Positions 1 to 11,011 of a stretch of DNA of 64,000 bases are shown here, piece by piece. How positions within the stretch are numbered: position 1 is the first letter of the stretch; the number at the start of each line of letters is the position of its first letter. The notes under the pieces are model-generated. The model was not told where the DNA came from, did not search any database, and worked only from the letters and a program-made list of their open reading frames with translations. Origin of the DNA: Iphione sp. A-MEVVRFRX5 (lineage: Eukaryota); the NCBI GenBank assembly GCA_976226885.1, contig OZ320315.1, forward strand, positions 18,662,001 through 18,726,000. Direction: 5' to 3'. The translations under genes and the position numbers were made by a program.

Positions 1-414
1 CCCCTGGACTCCGAAGCATTCTTGGCAGAGTCTTAGTCATCCTTTGCTGGAAGCTAGGGTAACTATACAATTTAAGTAACTGTGAATGTCTAACCTTATA
101 ACTGTCATAAGTTACAAAGCCTGCATTTAACTTACTCACAAAATAATAAAGGTGCATGAGGTAAACAATTACTTTAATGAAGGTGGCACTACCAAGTCAG
201 AACATAGTGTAGAGGGGCTCTGTAGTGACAGACAGAGAGGTAGATCCAGAAGAGAAGAGGTAGAGAAAGTGAGAGTGAGATCAGGAACGGCAGGAGAGCA
301 GGAGGAAAGAAAGAGAGACAGTGACCGGCAAAGAAGTGCAAGTACAATGATGAAAATCAGAAAAGGAAAGGAGAAAAGAAAGAGACAGGCAGAGAGGAAG
401 GCGCAAAAAGGGCG

Positions 415-482
415 AGACAGACTCTGAGAGAAAGAGAAAGAGAGAGACAGAGACAGAGACAGAGAGGGGGGAGAGCGAGCAG
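415..482. repeat. (GA)n/(GACA)n microsatellite in a purine-rich tract
   Basis: gagagaaagagaaagagagagacagagacagagacagagaggggggagag; it explains the spurious ORFs at 152-544. Confidence 0.85.
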
Positions 483-836
483 TAGAGAAATTTTTGTGCA
501 GCTTTCTGAATACATTTCGTAGATAGAAGGACAGAAGCACACACCGCCAGAATCCTACCTAAAATAACCGAGTACTTTAGAAAACTGGTGACCCGTGGCT
601 ATTCCACTTTGATAAATAGCACACGGGCGTTTTACAGTTCCTCCTTTTATTTGACTTTGTACTTACCTTATTCTTAATGTGCCTGCCTAGTCAGTCTGTT
701 AGAGGCATTACTATATAGCTATACCACCACATAATTGTATGCATATATTCCCGATAGGTCATAGGGATTCCCTGATAAGGGGGTAATTTTATTTACATGT
801 ATACAAGTATACATGTATATACATGTAGTTTGAGAA

Positions 837-891
837 TGAGACATGAGTCACCCGCATCCTCCCCCAATTTTGCCAACTCATTCCCGTGCAC
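837..891 (+). repeat. 55-bp direct repeat, copy 1 (copy 2 at 1406-1460)
   Basis: tgagacatgagtcacccgcatcctcccccaattttgccaactcattcccgtgcac occurs identically at both positions. Confidence 0.9.
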
Positions 892-1469
892 AACTTATAC
901 CATTGTTTTGTGTAGCATTTGAGGTTTCAAAAAATATAAGTTTTAAAATTATCATTCAATTTAAAATAATTTTTTAGTGAAGTTAAAGTTTTAGAGCAAA
1001 TTTTCCTCTGGAATCCTATGAGGAAGATATATGGGCCATATACCAAAATGAAGCTGAAAATGTGAGCTAACTCACTGTACTTCTTTTGTAGTTCTAAATC
1101 GAATGGTGTAATGCACAATTGATGATTAAAGAAGGGAGTCAATTAAGAGTCATTAATGGGGAGTGGTCACTGACCTAATTACACACTAATTACATAGTTT
1201 TAAATTGCACACTTATGGCAAATCTCTTAATTGTTTTTAAAATGTAAATACATAGTTGACTAGAGCTTACACTAAACATTTGTTCAGTGTCTTTTTTCTT
1301 AGCATACAGCATTGCAAACCCCTTTTATCATGCTAATGAAAAACCTCCTTTGTCTATGGTCACTCAAGTGGTCAGTCACTGGGGGCTGCCTACTGGTATA
1401 CCTATTGAGACATGAGTCACCCGCATCCTCCCCCAATTTTGCCAACTCATTCCCGTGCACCACTATAGG

Positions 1470-1814
1470 GTGGGGAGTAAGCTCAGTGGTAGAGCAATGG
1501 TGCACTGACTGAGAGGTCGCAGGTTCAATCCCGGGCCTGGGACTCCTGATCATAACCAGACAGATTTACTGTAGCCCCAACCCAGAGTGGTCCACAACTC
1601 GTAAAAAGGCCGTGGGTGTATAGTATTTTGTCCCCTATGCAAAAAAGACCCCAGAAACCTATTCAAAATAAGAGTAGGGGACAACCCCGGGTATTCTGGT
1701 CTCTCAATTCTCAACAATAGATAGTAGTATGCTACCCCAGGAGGATATGGAAGATCCCTGTCATATGATAGGTGAATATATTCCTGGTAAAAGATACAAT
1801 GAAATGAAATGAAA
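1470..1814 (+). mobile_element. tRNA-derived SINE, possibly MetaSINE-like
   Basis: tRNA-like head with A box (agctcagtggtagagc) and B box (ggttcaatccc), a body containing gtggtccacaactcgtaaaaaggccgtgg, and a (TGAAA)n tail at about 1797-1814. The Meta-domain resemblance is from memory only. Confidence 0.8.
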
Positions 1815-3329
1815 ATCAGTGTCCCTGCAAACTGGTATCACTGCCTTCCAGCAAGGTAACATTACCAAGTCATACACTCCCTCACCTGTATCCTTATCAA
1901 CCCTTTACTTAACCCATGCATAGCCTTACTAAGCGCGACCCATGTAAACTGGTATTCTCATCAGCCAGAATCCTGAGGCCTACTATTTAAAGAAATCCAC
2001 CATGGCATGCCGGGGTAGGTTACATTGCAAGTTTCTGACTGTTTTTTCTCCAAATTCGACCTTGTGGTCTTGTTCACGGGAAAAAACAAATTATAGTGTC
2101 ATGTGATGGATATTCAGTCAACATATGGTTAATTGAAAGATTGTTATGGTATAATATATCCACTTGTAATGTAGGTCAATTATTACTGATATATATATAT
2201 GGTGTCTATAGCATTATTTCTTTAATAAGTTCTGACTGAATATAAAGTATGATAAATGATATCTGTCCATTGTGGACAATTGTGTCTATTACTCATCATT
2301 AGGGATAATACAAGATTGTACGTTTTGTAATTAACATTAACAATAGTGGTACTATCTATTTTGACATACAGGAGAAGCCCACCATGCGACCAGTCGCCTA
2401 GGGCGACCAGTCGGCCAGTGCGACCAGTTTTGGCCAGAACCGACTGAAATTTAGTACATTTGCTATATGATACAATTCGCCCAGGGCGACCAGTGGCTTG
2501 GGCGACCATTCGCCCATTAAGACTGCCATTTTAAGAACAAAAACTATGATTTTAATGTGTTTAGGGTGACCACCGGCCTTAGAGGAACTCCTGTCGCGCT
2601 TGTCTGAGGGGAACCGAGGCGACCATCAGCCCTGATACCCGAGAAACACTATGAAAACGAGCTTTTAGTGTAAAGGACGAGGCCTGTAGTGGGGAGTTTG
2701 TGGTAGACTTCAGTATAGGATTTAAGGTAGGATTAAGAGCAGCCTCTGGCAGATAATAGGTAGGGAAACTTTTAACAAGCAACGACATGTGGCTAGCTAG
2801 AGCTCTGCTGTGAATCAATATAGAATCAATATCATGTATGAGTCTCGTTTTACTTGGAGGTGAAGCATGGGTCATGAGCATTTAGCCATGCTGGTTCAAT
2901 AAGGATATGCTGGTTCTAGTTACCAGCTTGTATAATCTAGAACTGATTGACGTCAGCAAGGTTTGGTTAAGATCACGTTGTTGGAAAGTGCCTGTATGTA
3001 GCTGTATATGCAAATATGATGATTTGATGAAATAAAACTAAGAGCAGACTGACACTGACAGCATTCACAGAGACAGAGACTGGCTGAGCAGACCCCCTGA
3101 TACGACAAGACATGGAAAGACCAGGACTGAGGCTCATATTGCTATGACATAGGTGTTGAGTGAAATTATTGGTGGGACTTCCCACTAGTATGTGATTAAG
3201 GAGAAGACAGGTAGGTCCTTCTACTTCATCTGTAGGTGTGGATTAGCAACCCACAGGCAGCCTCTGGTGATGGAGATGCGTCCTGCCCCTGTGAGGAAAC
3301 CTGGAGGAGGAACTGGTGTCCTTACATTA

Positions 3330-3991
3330 GGAACTCCTGTCATGCTTGTTTGAGGGTAACCGGGGCGACCGTCGGCGACCACCGGCCCTGATACCCCAAA
3401 ATCACTATGAAAACGAGCTTTGAGGAACTCCTGTCATGCTTGTTTGAGGGTAACCGGGGCGACCGTCGGCGACCACCGGCCCTGATACCCGCCAATCTGA
3501 GTGGAAACGACCCTAGAGGAACTCCTGTCGTGCTTGTCTGAGGGTAACCGGGGTGACCGTCGGCGACCACCGGCCCTGATACCCGCCAATCTGAGTGGAA
3601 ACGACCCTAGAGGAACTCCTGTCGTGCTTGTCTGAGGGTATCCGAGGCGACCATCGGCTCTGATACCCCAAAATCACTATGAAAACAACTCTAGAGGAAC
3701 TCCTGTCACGCTTCTTAGGGTAACCGGGGCGACCGTCGGCGACCACCGGCCCTGATACCCGCCAATTTGAGTGGAAACGACCCTAGAGGAACTCCTGTCG
3801 TGCTTGTCTGAGGGTATCCGAGGCGACCATCGGCTCTGATACCCGCCAATTTGAGTGGAAACGACCCTAGAGGAACTCCTGTCGTGCTTGTCTGAGGGTA
3901 TCCGAGGCGACCATCGGCCCTGATACCCGCCAATTTGAGTGGAAACGACCCTAGAGGAACTCCTGTCGTGCTTGTCTGAGGGGCGACCACG
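3330..3991 (+). repeat. Tandem array of about 8 units of 84-94 bp inside the Tigger element
   Basis: Units start ggaactcctgt at 3330, 3424, 3518, 3612, 3696, 3788, 3872 and 3956, with an isolated unit at 2584. Most contain the gcgacc motif also present in the TIRs. Confidence 0.92.
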
Positions 3992-4040
3992 GGTGGATAT
4001 AAGCGTCCATGGCTAACCCTCTCATTCATTCACCTCGATC

Positions 4041-4320
4041 GACCACTTCAGAGCTTCTGCCGACCACTGCAGCCCTTCTGCCGACCACTGCAGCCCTTCT
4101 GCCGACCACTGCAGCCCTTCTGCCGACCACTGCAGCACTTCTACCCACCACTCCAGCACTTCTACCCACCACTCAAGCACTTCTGCCGACCACTGCAGCC
4201 CTTCTGCCCAACACTCCAGCACTTCTGCCGACCACTGCAGCCCTTCTGCCCACCACTCCAGCACTTCTACCCACCACTCCAGCACTTCTGCCGACCACTG
4301 CAGCCCTTCTACCCACAAGA
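4041..4320 (+). repeat. 21-bp minisatellite (about 13 units) abutting the transposase ATG
   Basis: Unit ccgaccactgcagcccttctg with variants; it translates as LLPTTAA repeats. Confidence 0.92.
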
Positions 4321-5915
4321 TGTCTTCACCCAAGAGAAGAGAACTGTGTCTTGCAGAGAAGGTGAAACTCATCCAGGCTAGTGAGGGTAAAAGTCAGAGG
4401 ACTCTTGCCAGCCAATTCAACATAGGCAAGACACAAGTTCACAACATCTTGAAGAGGAAGGCATCCATCATGGAGGACTTTGATAGGTCCTTCAACCCTC
4501 AGGCCAAGAGAAGACATCTATCCCCTGACCTCACCCTCATGGATGAGACAGTCTTCACCTGGTTTCAGACAGCCAGGGATTCCCAGGTCCCTGTCTCAGG
4601 ACCATTGATCAGGGAGAGAGCCCAGCATATCAGCAAGGAACTGGGGATAGACAACTTCTCTGCCTCTGAGGGATGGCTCCACAGATTCAAGAAGAGGCAC
4701 TGCATCTCAGGGGTCAAGTTGTCTGGAGAGAGGGCCAGTGTCCCTGAGGGGGCAGTAGAGCAGTGGCATGAGAGGCTGCCCACCCTCCTTGAGGGATACA
4801 AGGAAGAAGACATCTTCAACATGGATGAGACTGGTATCTTCTTCCGGGTCCTCCCAGACAGAACCCTTGCTGTGAAGGGCAGTGACACAGCTGGGGGTAA
4901 GAAGAGTAAGGAGAGGTTGACTCTTGCCCTCTGTGTATCAATGGCTGGACACTTTGAGAAGCCCCTGGTCATTGGGAAGGCTGCAAGACCCAGGGCCTTC
5001 AGGAATTTGGACCTCAATGATTTACCAGTGACATGGAGGTCCAACAAGAAGGCCTGGATGGTCTCTTCAATCTTTGAGGAGTGGCTCCAGGCCTTCAACA
5101 AGAAGATGAAGGCCCAGGGCAGGAAAGTGGCATTGATCTTGGACAATGCCCCTTCACATCCACATCATCTGAAGGTGTCCAATGTGAAGTTGGTCTTCCT
5201 CCCTGCCAACACCACTTCCCTGCTGCAGCCCCTTGACCAGGGGATCATCAAATGTGTGAAGAGCCACTATCAGAAAGCAGTCCTCAGACATGTGCTGGCC
5301 AAGTTGGACAGTGGAGCAGACTCCCAGCAGATCATCAAAAGTGTTGATGTCCACATGGCCATCACCTGGATGAAGGCAGCTGTGAAGGCTGTGCCAGCCA
5401 GCACAGTCTTCAAGTGCTTCAAGAAGGCAGGAGTATCCCCTGACCCAGGTGATGCTGACCTCAGCCAGTCACAGCCTGAGGAGGAAGATGAGGAGGAGAT
5501 CCCCCTGGCAGAGCTCCTCAGAAGGACACATGAAGGACTTCACCTCCCAGGGACAGCTCTGACCAGGGAGGACTATGAGGAGATGACCAGCTGCCCATCT
5601 CATGATCCCCAGGACATGGGGTGGGAACAACATATCATTGAGGAGGCCAAGGAGAAGGCTGGTCTACAGGTACCAGATGAGGAATCCAGGGATGGTGATG
5701 ATGATGATGATGCTGATGATGATCCCATCTCAGGAAGCCAGCACAATCATCATGAGATCCTCAACATGCTGGATCATGTTAGGGTGTATTGCCTGTCCAA
5801 GGGTATTGCCCCTGCATTGGACCCTGTCATGGACATTATTAACATTCTTGAGAAAAACCAGGCCCAAAGGATCAGGGTGCAGCCAACACTCCACCAGTTT
5901 TTTAAGAAGGAGTAA
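4320..5915 (+). CDS. Tigger/pogo (TIGD-like) transposase, intact, 531 aa: HTH_psq, CENP-B HTH, DDE_1 (DD30D)
   Basis: LCLAEKVKLI, FSASEGWLHRFKKRH, FNMDETG, LILDNAPSH, 30 residues to LQPLDQGII, acidic tail; AATAAA at about 5995. Confidence 0.95.
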   Translation: MSSPKRRELCLAEKVKLIQASEGKSQRTLASQFNIGKTQVHNILKRKASIMEDFDRSFNPQAKRRHLSPDLTLMDETVFTWFQTARDSQVPVSGPLIRERAQHISKELGIDNFSASEGWLHRFKKRHCISGVKLSGERASVPEGAVEQWHERLPTLLEGYKEEDIFNMDETGIFFRVLPDRTLAVKGSDTAGGKKSKERLTLALCVSMAGHFEKPLVIGKAARPRAFRNLDLNDLPVTWRSNKKAWMVSSIFEEWLQAFNKKMKAQGRKVALILDNAPSHPHHLKVSNVKLVFLPANTTSLLQPLDQGIIKCVKSHYQKAVLRHVLAKLDSGADSQQIIKSVDVHMAITWMKAAVKAVPASTVFKCFKKAGVSPDPGDADLSQSQPEEEDEEEIPLAELLRRTHEGLHLPGTALTREDYEEMTSCPSHDPQDMGWEQHIIEEAKEKAGLQVPDEESRDGDDDDDADDDPISGSQHNHHEILNMLDHVRVYCLSKGIAPALDPVMDIINILEKNQAQRIRVQPTLHQFFKKE

Positions 5916-6049
5916 CTACAAATGTAATCCACATGGACTATGATATAGGACTGTCTATAAAATTTATTTATTCAGCATATCCATTTCTCATTGCAATAAA
6001 TGTATGTAAATGTTATTCTTGAAGTCAGTTGTATTTCTTCATTTTACAT

Positions 6050-6268
6050 TCAGTTAATGTACACTTCTTTTCCCCATAATATTCAGTTAATTTTGACTTC
6101 TTTTCCCCATAATATTCAGTTAATTTGGACTTTTCCCCCATAATATTCAGTTAATTTGGACTTTTTCCCCATAATATTCAGTTAATTTGGACTTTTCCCC
6201 CATAATATTCAGTTAATTTGGACTTTTCCCCCATAATATTCAGTTAAACTTCTTTACCCCATAATATT
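6050..6268 (+). repeat. About 30-bp minisatellite (about 7 units) in the Tigger 3' region
   Basis: Repeated ttcagttaatttggacttttccccataata. Confidence 0.9.
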
Positions 6269-6599
6269 CCCCATAGAGAAGGACACATAGAGAGGTACAT
6301 AGAGAGAGAGAGGGAGACAGAGAGAGGGACAGAGAGGGAGAGGGGGAGTCATCCAAGGGGGAACCAATGCCTTAAGAGACCACCTGCCTAATGCGACCAC
6401 TTAGGCTCAGTCCCTTAGGTGGTCGCAATAGGCGGGTTCGCCTGTAGTTTTGATTAGTAGTGCTCTATAGAATAATAGTATGTGTATACATATAGACATA
6501 CATATGACCTATATATATATAAGGTGGAACCTCACCAAATTGAGTCTATATCCAGATTTTATGATTGAATTTTCCTTATGATCTATTTCCTAAAATCAT

Positions 6600-9370
6600 C
6601 AACGGATTCATAATCATTTGGGAACAATTTCTCTTTGTTCCAGTAATCTATTATGGTGTAGACAGTTGTACACCTAGTGTGTCTTTTGATATTTGGTGGA
6701 TAGTTAAATAATGTATATTCTTTTCTTCTAAGGTCATAATTGGTTTCTCGCTCTATAAAAAAAATTCTTGAAAGAAAATTGGACGAATCCTTATTGCAGC
6801 TTTATACCCAGCTATCAAATAATGTAATTTAAGTCAATCTTGGACAGTCATAATGGAGTTTTCTTTGTGTAGCCGTATAGTGTTCTATCTTGCTTGTAAT
6901 TTGCATGCTTTCTTTAAAATGCCATTTTGTATCCTTTGTAATTGTTTTAAATACCTATTTGGTTCCCTCGACCATACTAGATCACAGTAATCTAAGTGTG
7001 GTCGAAAAAGTGCTTTGAAGAGCATTAGATTTGTTCTCATATCCAAATAGTGATAGGCTTTCCTGAGTTGATGGCTAACTCTGCAAAGTTTGTTTATCAT
7101 ATTCTCTATGTGTAGGTTGAAAGTCAGGTTTTCATCTACAATAACCCCTAAATATTTATAATGATCTACCTCATGTATTTGTTTTCTATTTATCATTATC
7201 TGGTAATTTATTTGTAAAATTTCATTCTTCGTGTTCCTAGTGGGCAAGAAAAGCATATATTTGGTTTTATCTATATTCATTGATAGTCTATTGTAATCCA
7301 TCCAACCTTTGATTTTCGACAGTTCTCTATTGGTTTCTTTGAATATCTCTTCAATGTTGTTCCCATTTATGCATAGTGCAGTATCATCTGCATAGGTCAA
7401 CAAATTACTCCTTGTGGTTAAACTCATAGAATTTATATATAATATGAATAAGATAGGGCCTAACACAGATCCTTGTGGTACCCCTATGTTTATTGGTAGG
7501 GTGCTCGATATGCTGTCATTTACTTTAGTTGTTGTGTCCTTCCAGAAAGGTGATTGGTGAATAATTTCAAGAAGTTACCTGTTAATCCTTTTGCTTCCAA
7601 TTTCTTTATTAATCTATCATGATCTACAGTATCGAATGCCATTAAAACATCTAAAAAAGTTACTATGCTTTAATTTCCCTTATCCTTCTCTATTTTGATC
7701 CTCCCATGTAGATATTGAACTGTCAACTGTGTACTATAACCCGGGTGATATCCCACTTGTTAATAATATAACAATTTTTGTTTGTTTAAGTATTTCAGTG
7801 TAGGGTATTATATGATTTGCTCTAGTATTTTATGTGGGAAAGGTAATACTGATATAGGTCTGTAATCTCCTAGGGTTACTTTACTCCCTCCTTTATATAA
7901 AGGTGTTACTGTTGCGAGTTTCCACTTGTCCAGTATTGATGAGGTTACTGTAACATTTACAATGGTCTAATACAAATATTATCCAACTGTTTCAGTATGA
8001 TTTTTGATATTTCTCATAGGTATCCCACTTATTCCTGAAGGTTTGCTTTGTTTCAATTGTTTAAGTAGTTTCATTACCTCGGTCTTAGTTGGTATATCTA
8101 TGGTCACCAAGGTAGGATTTACTCTCAATCTCTGGGTATGAATTAACAGAATTTGGAATCTTTCTCGCAGTTCTTTCTCCAATTGTACAGAAATGTTTAT
8201 TTAGTCTATCTGCAAAATCTTCAGGTGTAGTATATTCTCTGTGTTCATGTATTATCCTCAGAATATTGTTATCTACTTGTTTAGCATTAGGTATCACCTG
8301 TCTTATAGATTTTCATAACTTGTATGAGTCCTGACTGTTACTTTGTATGTTTAATTTTACATGATCAACTTTGCTCTTCCTTATCAGGGCATTATATTAT
8401 TTTCTTACTATTTTATATTACTTTAATACTGTCTCTTGCTTCGTTTTCCTCGATTCTAATTGTAATTGCTCTTTTCTTTTCTTTAACTCAACTCTTCAGT
8501 AAACCATTTTGGCTCATTAGTCTGTACATTTACGTATTTATATGGTAAATTCTTGTCTATTGTCGTCTTCAGTATTCCTTCCATAGTGTCCCATGCATCT
8601 GTTGGTTTTTTGTTCTTGATGTCTACTTCGCTTTCCCCTAGTTTTGAATCTAGCTCTTTGTTAAAATCACTTATATCGTATTTAGTATAATCCCGTATCT
8701 TCACTTTCTTAAACTCTTTCCTGGATTTAATTCCTCAACGTTTGATACATATATCCAATCATGGTCACTGTATGAGCAGGGTATTAATTTAAATAACTGA
8801 TTTGATATAGATTTTTCCTAATCACTAGCAATACATCTATGAGTGTACTTGTTTCGTTAGTAGTTCTCGTTGGGTGAGTTATTACATTTGTTAAACTTAA
8901 TTTTGAAACAATCATCTTCAATTTCTTAGTAATTCCATTTTTATCCTTCGTCATGTCTATATTAATATCACCAATCATTACATGTTATTAGTTAGGATTA
9001 CTGTGGAGGCATTTTCTATATAACTAATAAATTGTCCAATATTGCCTGATGGAGGTCTGTAAATCACTCGAAGGTTTATTGTTTTAATATGTGGTCTATC
9101 TATAGTAAATGATATTAATTCAATATCACTGTTCATGTAATACTGATCTTCTTGCAAGGTAACATACTGATCTAATTTCTTTTTCACATAGACAATCACC
9201 CCTCCCCTTTTCCTGTTGTCCCGATCTTTTCGATACATACTGTATGCAGGAATTCTTACCGAAATGTCTGGTATACATTTAGTTAATCATGTTTTGGTGA
9301 TACAAATAATGTCCATATTATTTCCGACTAAATCCAGTTAAAGTTAAAGTCTTTAAAGGGCAATGATTAG
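6600..9370 (-). pseudogene. Decayed CR1/L2-group LINE ORF2 (APE endonuclease + RT)
   Basis: Fragments DIICITKT*L, YRKDRDNRKRGGV, IGDINID, LGPILFILYIN, YADDT, YKYLGVIVDENLTF, broken by many stops and frameshifts. The 3' boundary is approximate. Confidence 0.9.
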
Positions 9371-9636
9371 TTACCCTTCTGATTGGAATTGCATGGTTTG
9401 GTTAAACTTACCTGGTAAGTTGACAGCAAACCCTGGTTAGTACCATGTGAGCCGTGTAGTGAGGAGGAAGGGAGATAGTAGCGCCACCATCCAGGATAGT
9501 CAGTCAATAACAGTGAGTGAGAGCCTCGAGTGAGCAGACTGCAAGGTCTAAATGGATCCCAAAAAACGCCTGGGTGTAAAGGTAGTGAGGAGATTATGTA
9601 GGCCTCCATAATGCCCTCATGGGCGGGTGGGAGGGC

Positions 9637-9758
9637 CCTTCCTCCTCACTACGCGGCTCACATGGTACTAACCAGGGTTTGCTGTCAACTTACCACGTAA
9701 GTTTAACCAAACCATGCAATTAGTACCATTCTGAGCCGCTGCGTGGTCGAAAGGGAGA
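9637..9758. repeat. DIRS internal complementary region (ICR)
   Basis: 9637-9721 is the near-perfect reverse complement of 9388-9473, and 9721-9758 is the reverse complement of about 14299-14336. Together they give the circle-junction sequence. Confidence 0.92.
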
Positions 9759-10061
9759 CTTCAAAGAGAGTCTGCTCACTCTGCGTGAAAAATCAATGAA
9801 ATAACACATGAGGCAAACATGTAGGTAGGACAAAGCAGGATGATTTATTCCTGACTGGTTCCCTAACATACACAAAGGCTAGTAACCCAAATGGTTAACA
9901 TATAACCAAAGTTTCTTCCACGGAAAGAAAAAGGTTGGTAAGAGGAAGAGGCTTCCTTCATCCTGCACATGTAGCTTCGGATGATATTATTAAGGCTAGA
10001 AAAACTGATTAACTCTTGGTGAGTTAGAACTCTTCAGAATGGAGTCTTGCGACATGGACCA

Positions 10062-10919
10062 TTACTTCTTAAGCACCGGTGCGATTGGCTTACAATAGTG
10101 TTTCATGAAACTCGTTTGTGATTTCCACATACCTTTGTCTAAGATAACGTTCAGGGGAACACCTGAATGAACTAACTTGGACGCAGAAGCGCCTCTAGAA
10201 CTGTGAACAGTAAACAGCTTAGTGTCTACCCCTGCTAACTCCATGGTTTGCTTAACCCACCGAACCAAGGTGGCCTGGGTCGCCGACCCGTACGGTGGAA
10301 TGGTACAGATGAAAAGTCTGCTCTCCTCTCCGGCCAGTTCTGAAGTGCGCTTTAGATAGGCTTTGATCGTTCGTACAGGGCAGACCGCACGGTCTTCCGG
10401 TAGAGGGGTGAGGACAATCTTGTCCACGCGACGTCCTGGTCGGGTGTGCTTAAGGACCGAGTCATATGTAATGACTAGTGAACCTTTGGAGGAGAACATC
10501 ACATTTTTACGCTTTACCTTATAGATGGTCTGAGAGCGGCCACAGGTGGCTAGGAGCAGCAGGGTTGCTGCCTTCCAAGAAAGCTGCTTAAGTGATAATG
10601 CATCGTTACTGGTCCAATCCCTCAACAACTGGAGAACTAGCTCGATATCCCACGTTTCCGTGTAACGAGCTTTTGGCGGCCTGACGTTAAACATCCCCTT
10701 TAAAACCCTCAATGTGGTCGGGTGATTCCCGAACGTGTGGTTGCCGCAACTAGATATGAACCTAGGTAGAACACAAGACAAGGCCAAACGTGCTACGTTA
10801 AGTGCATTATAACGCAACCCCTGATTGAACAACATAACCAAAAACTTATGTCCTTGATGTAAAGACGGGTTGCGAGGATCAATGTGATGCTCCACACAAA
10901 ACAAATGCCATTTGTTCAA
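10062..10919 (-). CDS. DIRS tyrosine recombinase; the N-terminal part continues in frame to about 11040 across a premature TGA at 10935-10937
   Basis: LLLLATCGRSQ (R), FTVHSSRGASAS (HxxR), GMWKSQTSFMKHY (W, Y). Confidence 0.9.
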   Translation of the reverse strand: MNKWHLFCVEHHIDPRNPSLHQGHKFLVMLFNQGLRYNALNVARLALSCVLPRFISSCGNHTFGNHPTTLRVLKGMFNVRPPKARYTETWDIELVLQLLRDWTSNDALSLKQLSWKAATLLLLATCGRSQTIYKVKRKNVMFSSKGSLVITYDSVLKHTRPGRRVDKIVLTPLPEDRAVCPVRTIKAYLKRTSELAGEESRLFICTIPPYGSATQATLVRWVKQTMELAGVDTKLFTVHSSRGASASKLVHSGVPLNVILDKGMWKSQTSFMKHYCKPIAPVLKK

Positions 10920-11011
10920 ATAAGTTCTGTAGACTCATCTAGTCTTAGGTCTCCACGAACGTAAGATGTGCTTACGTACTTCGTCATGTGGAGACATGTC
11001 ATCAACTGCTT

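Larger units (their letters stand above)
2369..6444 (+). mobile_element. pogo/Tigger-type DNA transposon with TA target duplication and imperfect TIRs
   Basis: Left end TA|caggagaagcccaccatgcgacca; right end reverse complement TA|caggcgaacccgcctattgcgacca. It encloses the transposase ORF and several internal repeat arrays. Confidence 0.8.

Noticed and set aside
152-544. Overlapping ORFs of 61-123 aa
   Set aside because: They are products of a purine-rich/GA microsatellite tract, with low complexity and no domain.
3330-3991. CRISPR-like appearance of the repeat array
   Set aside because: The units are wholly repeated with no unique spacers, there are no cas genes, and the context is a eukaryotic transposon.
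4009-4372. LLPTTAA-repeat ORF and its antisense ORF
   Set aside because: These are translations of a 21-bp minisatellite, which is open in several frames by construction.
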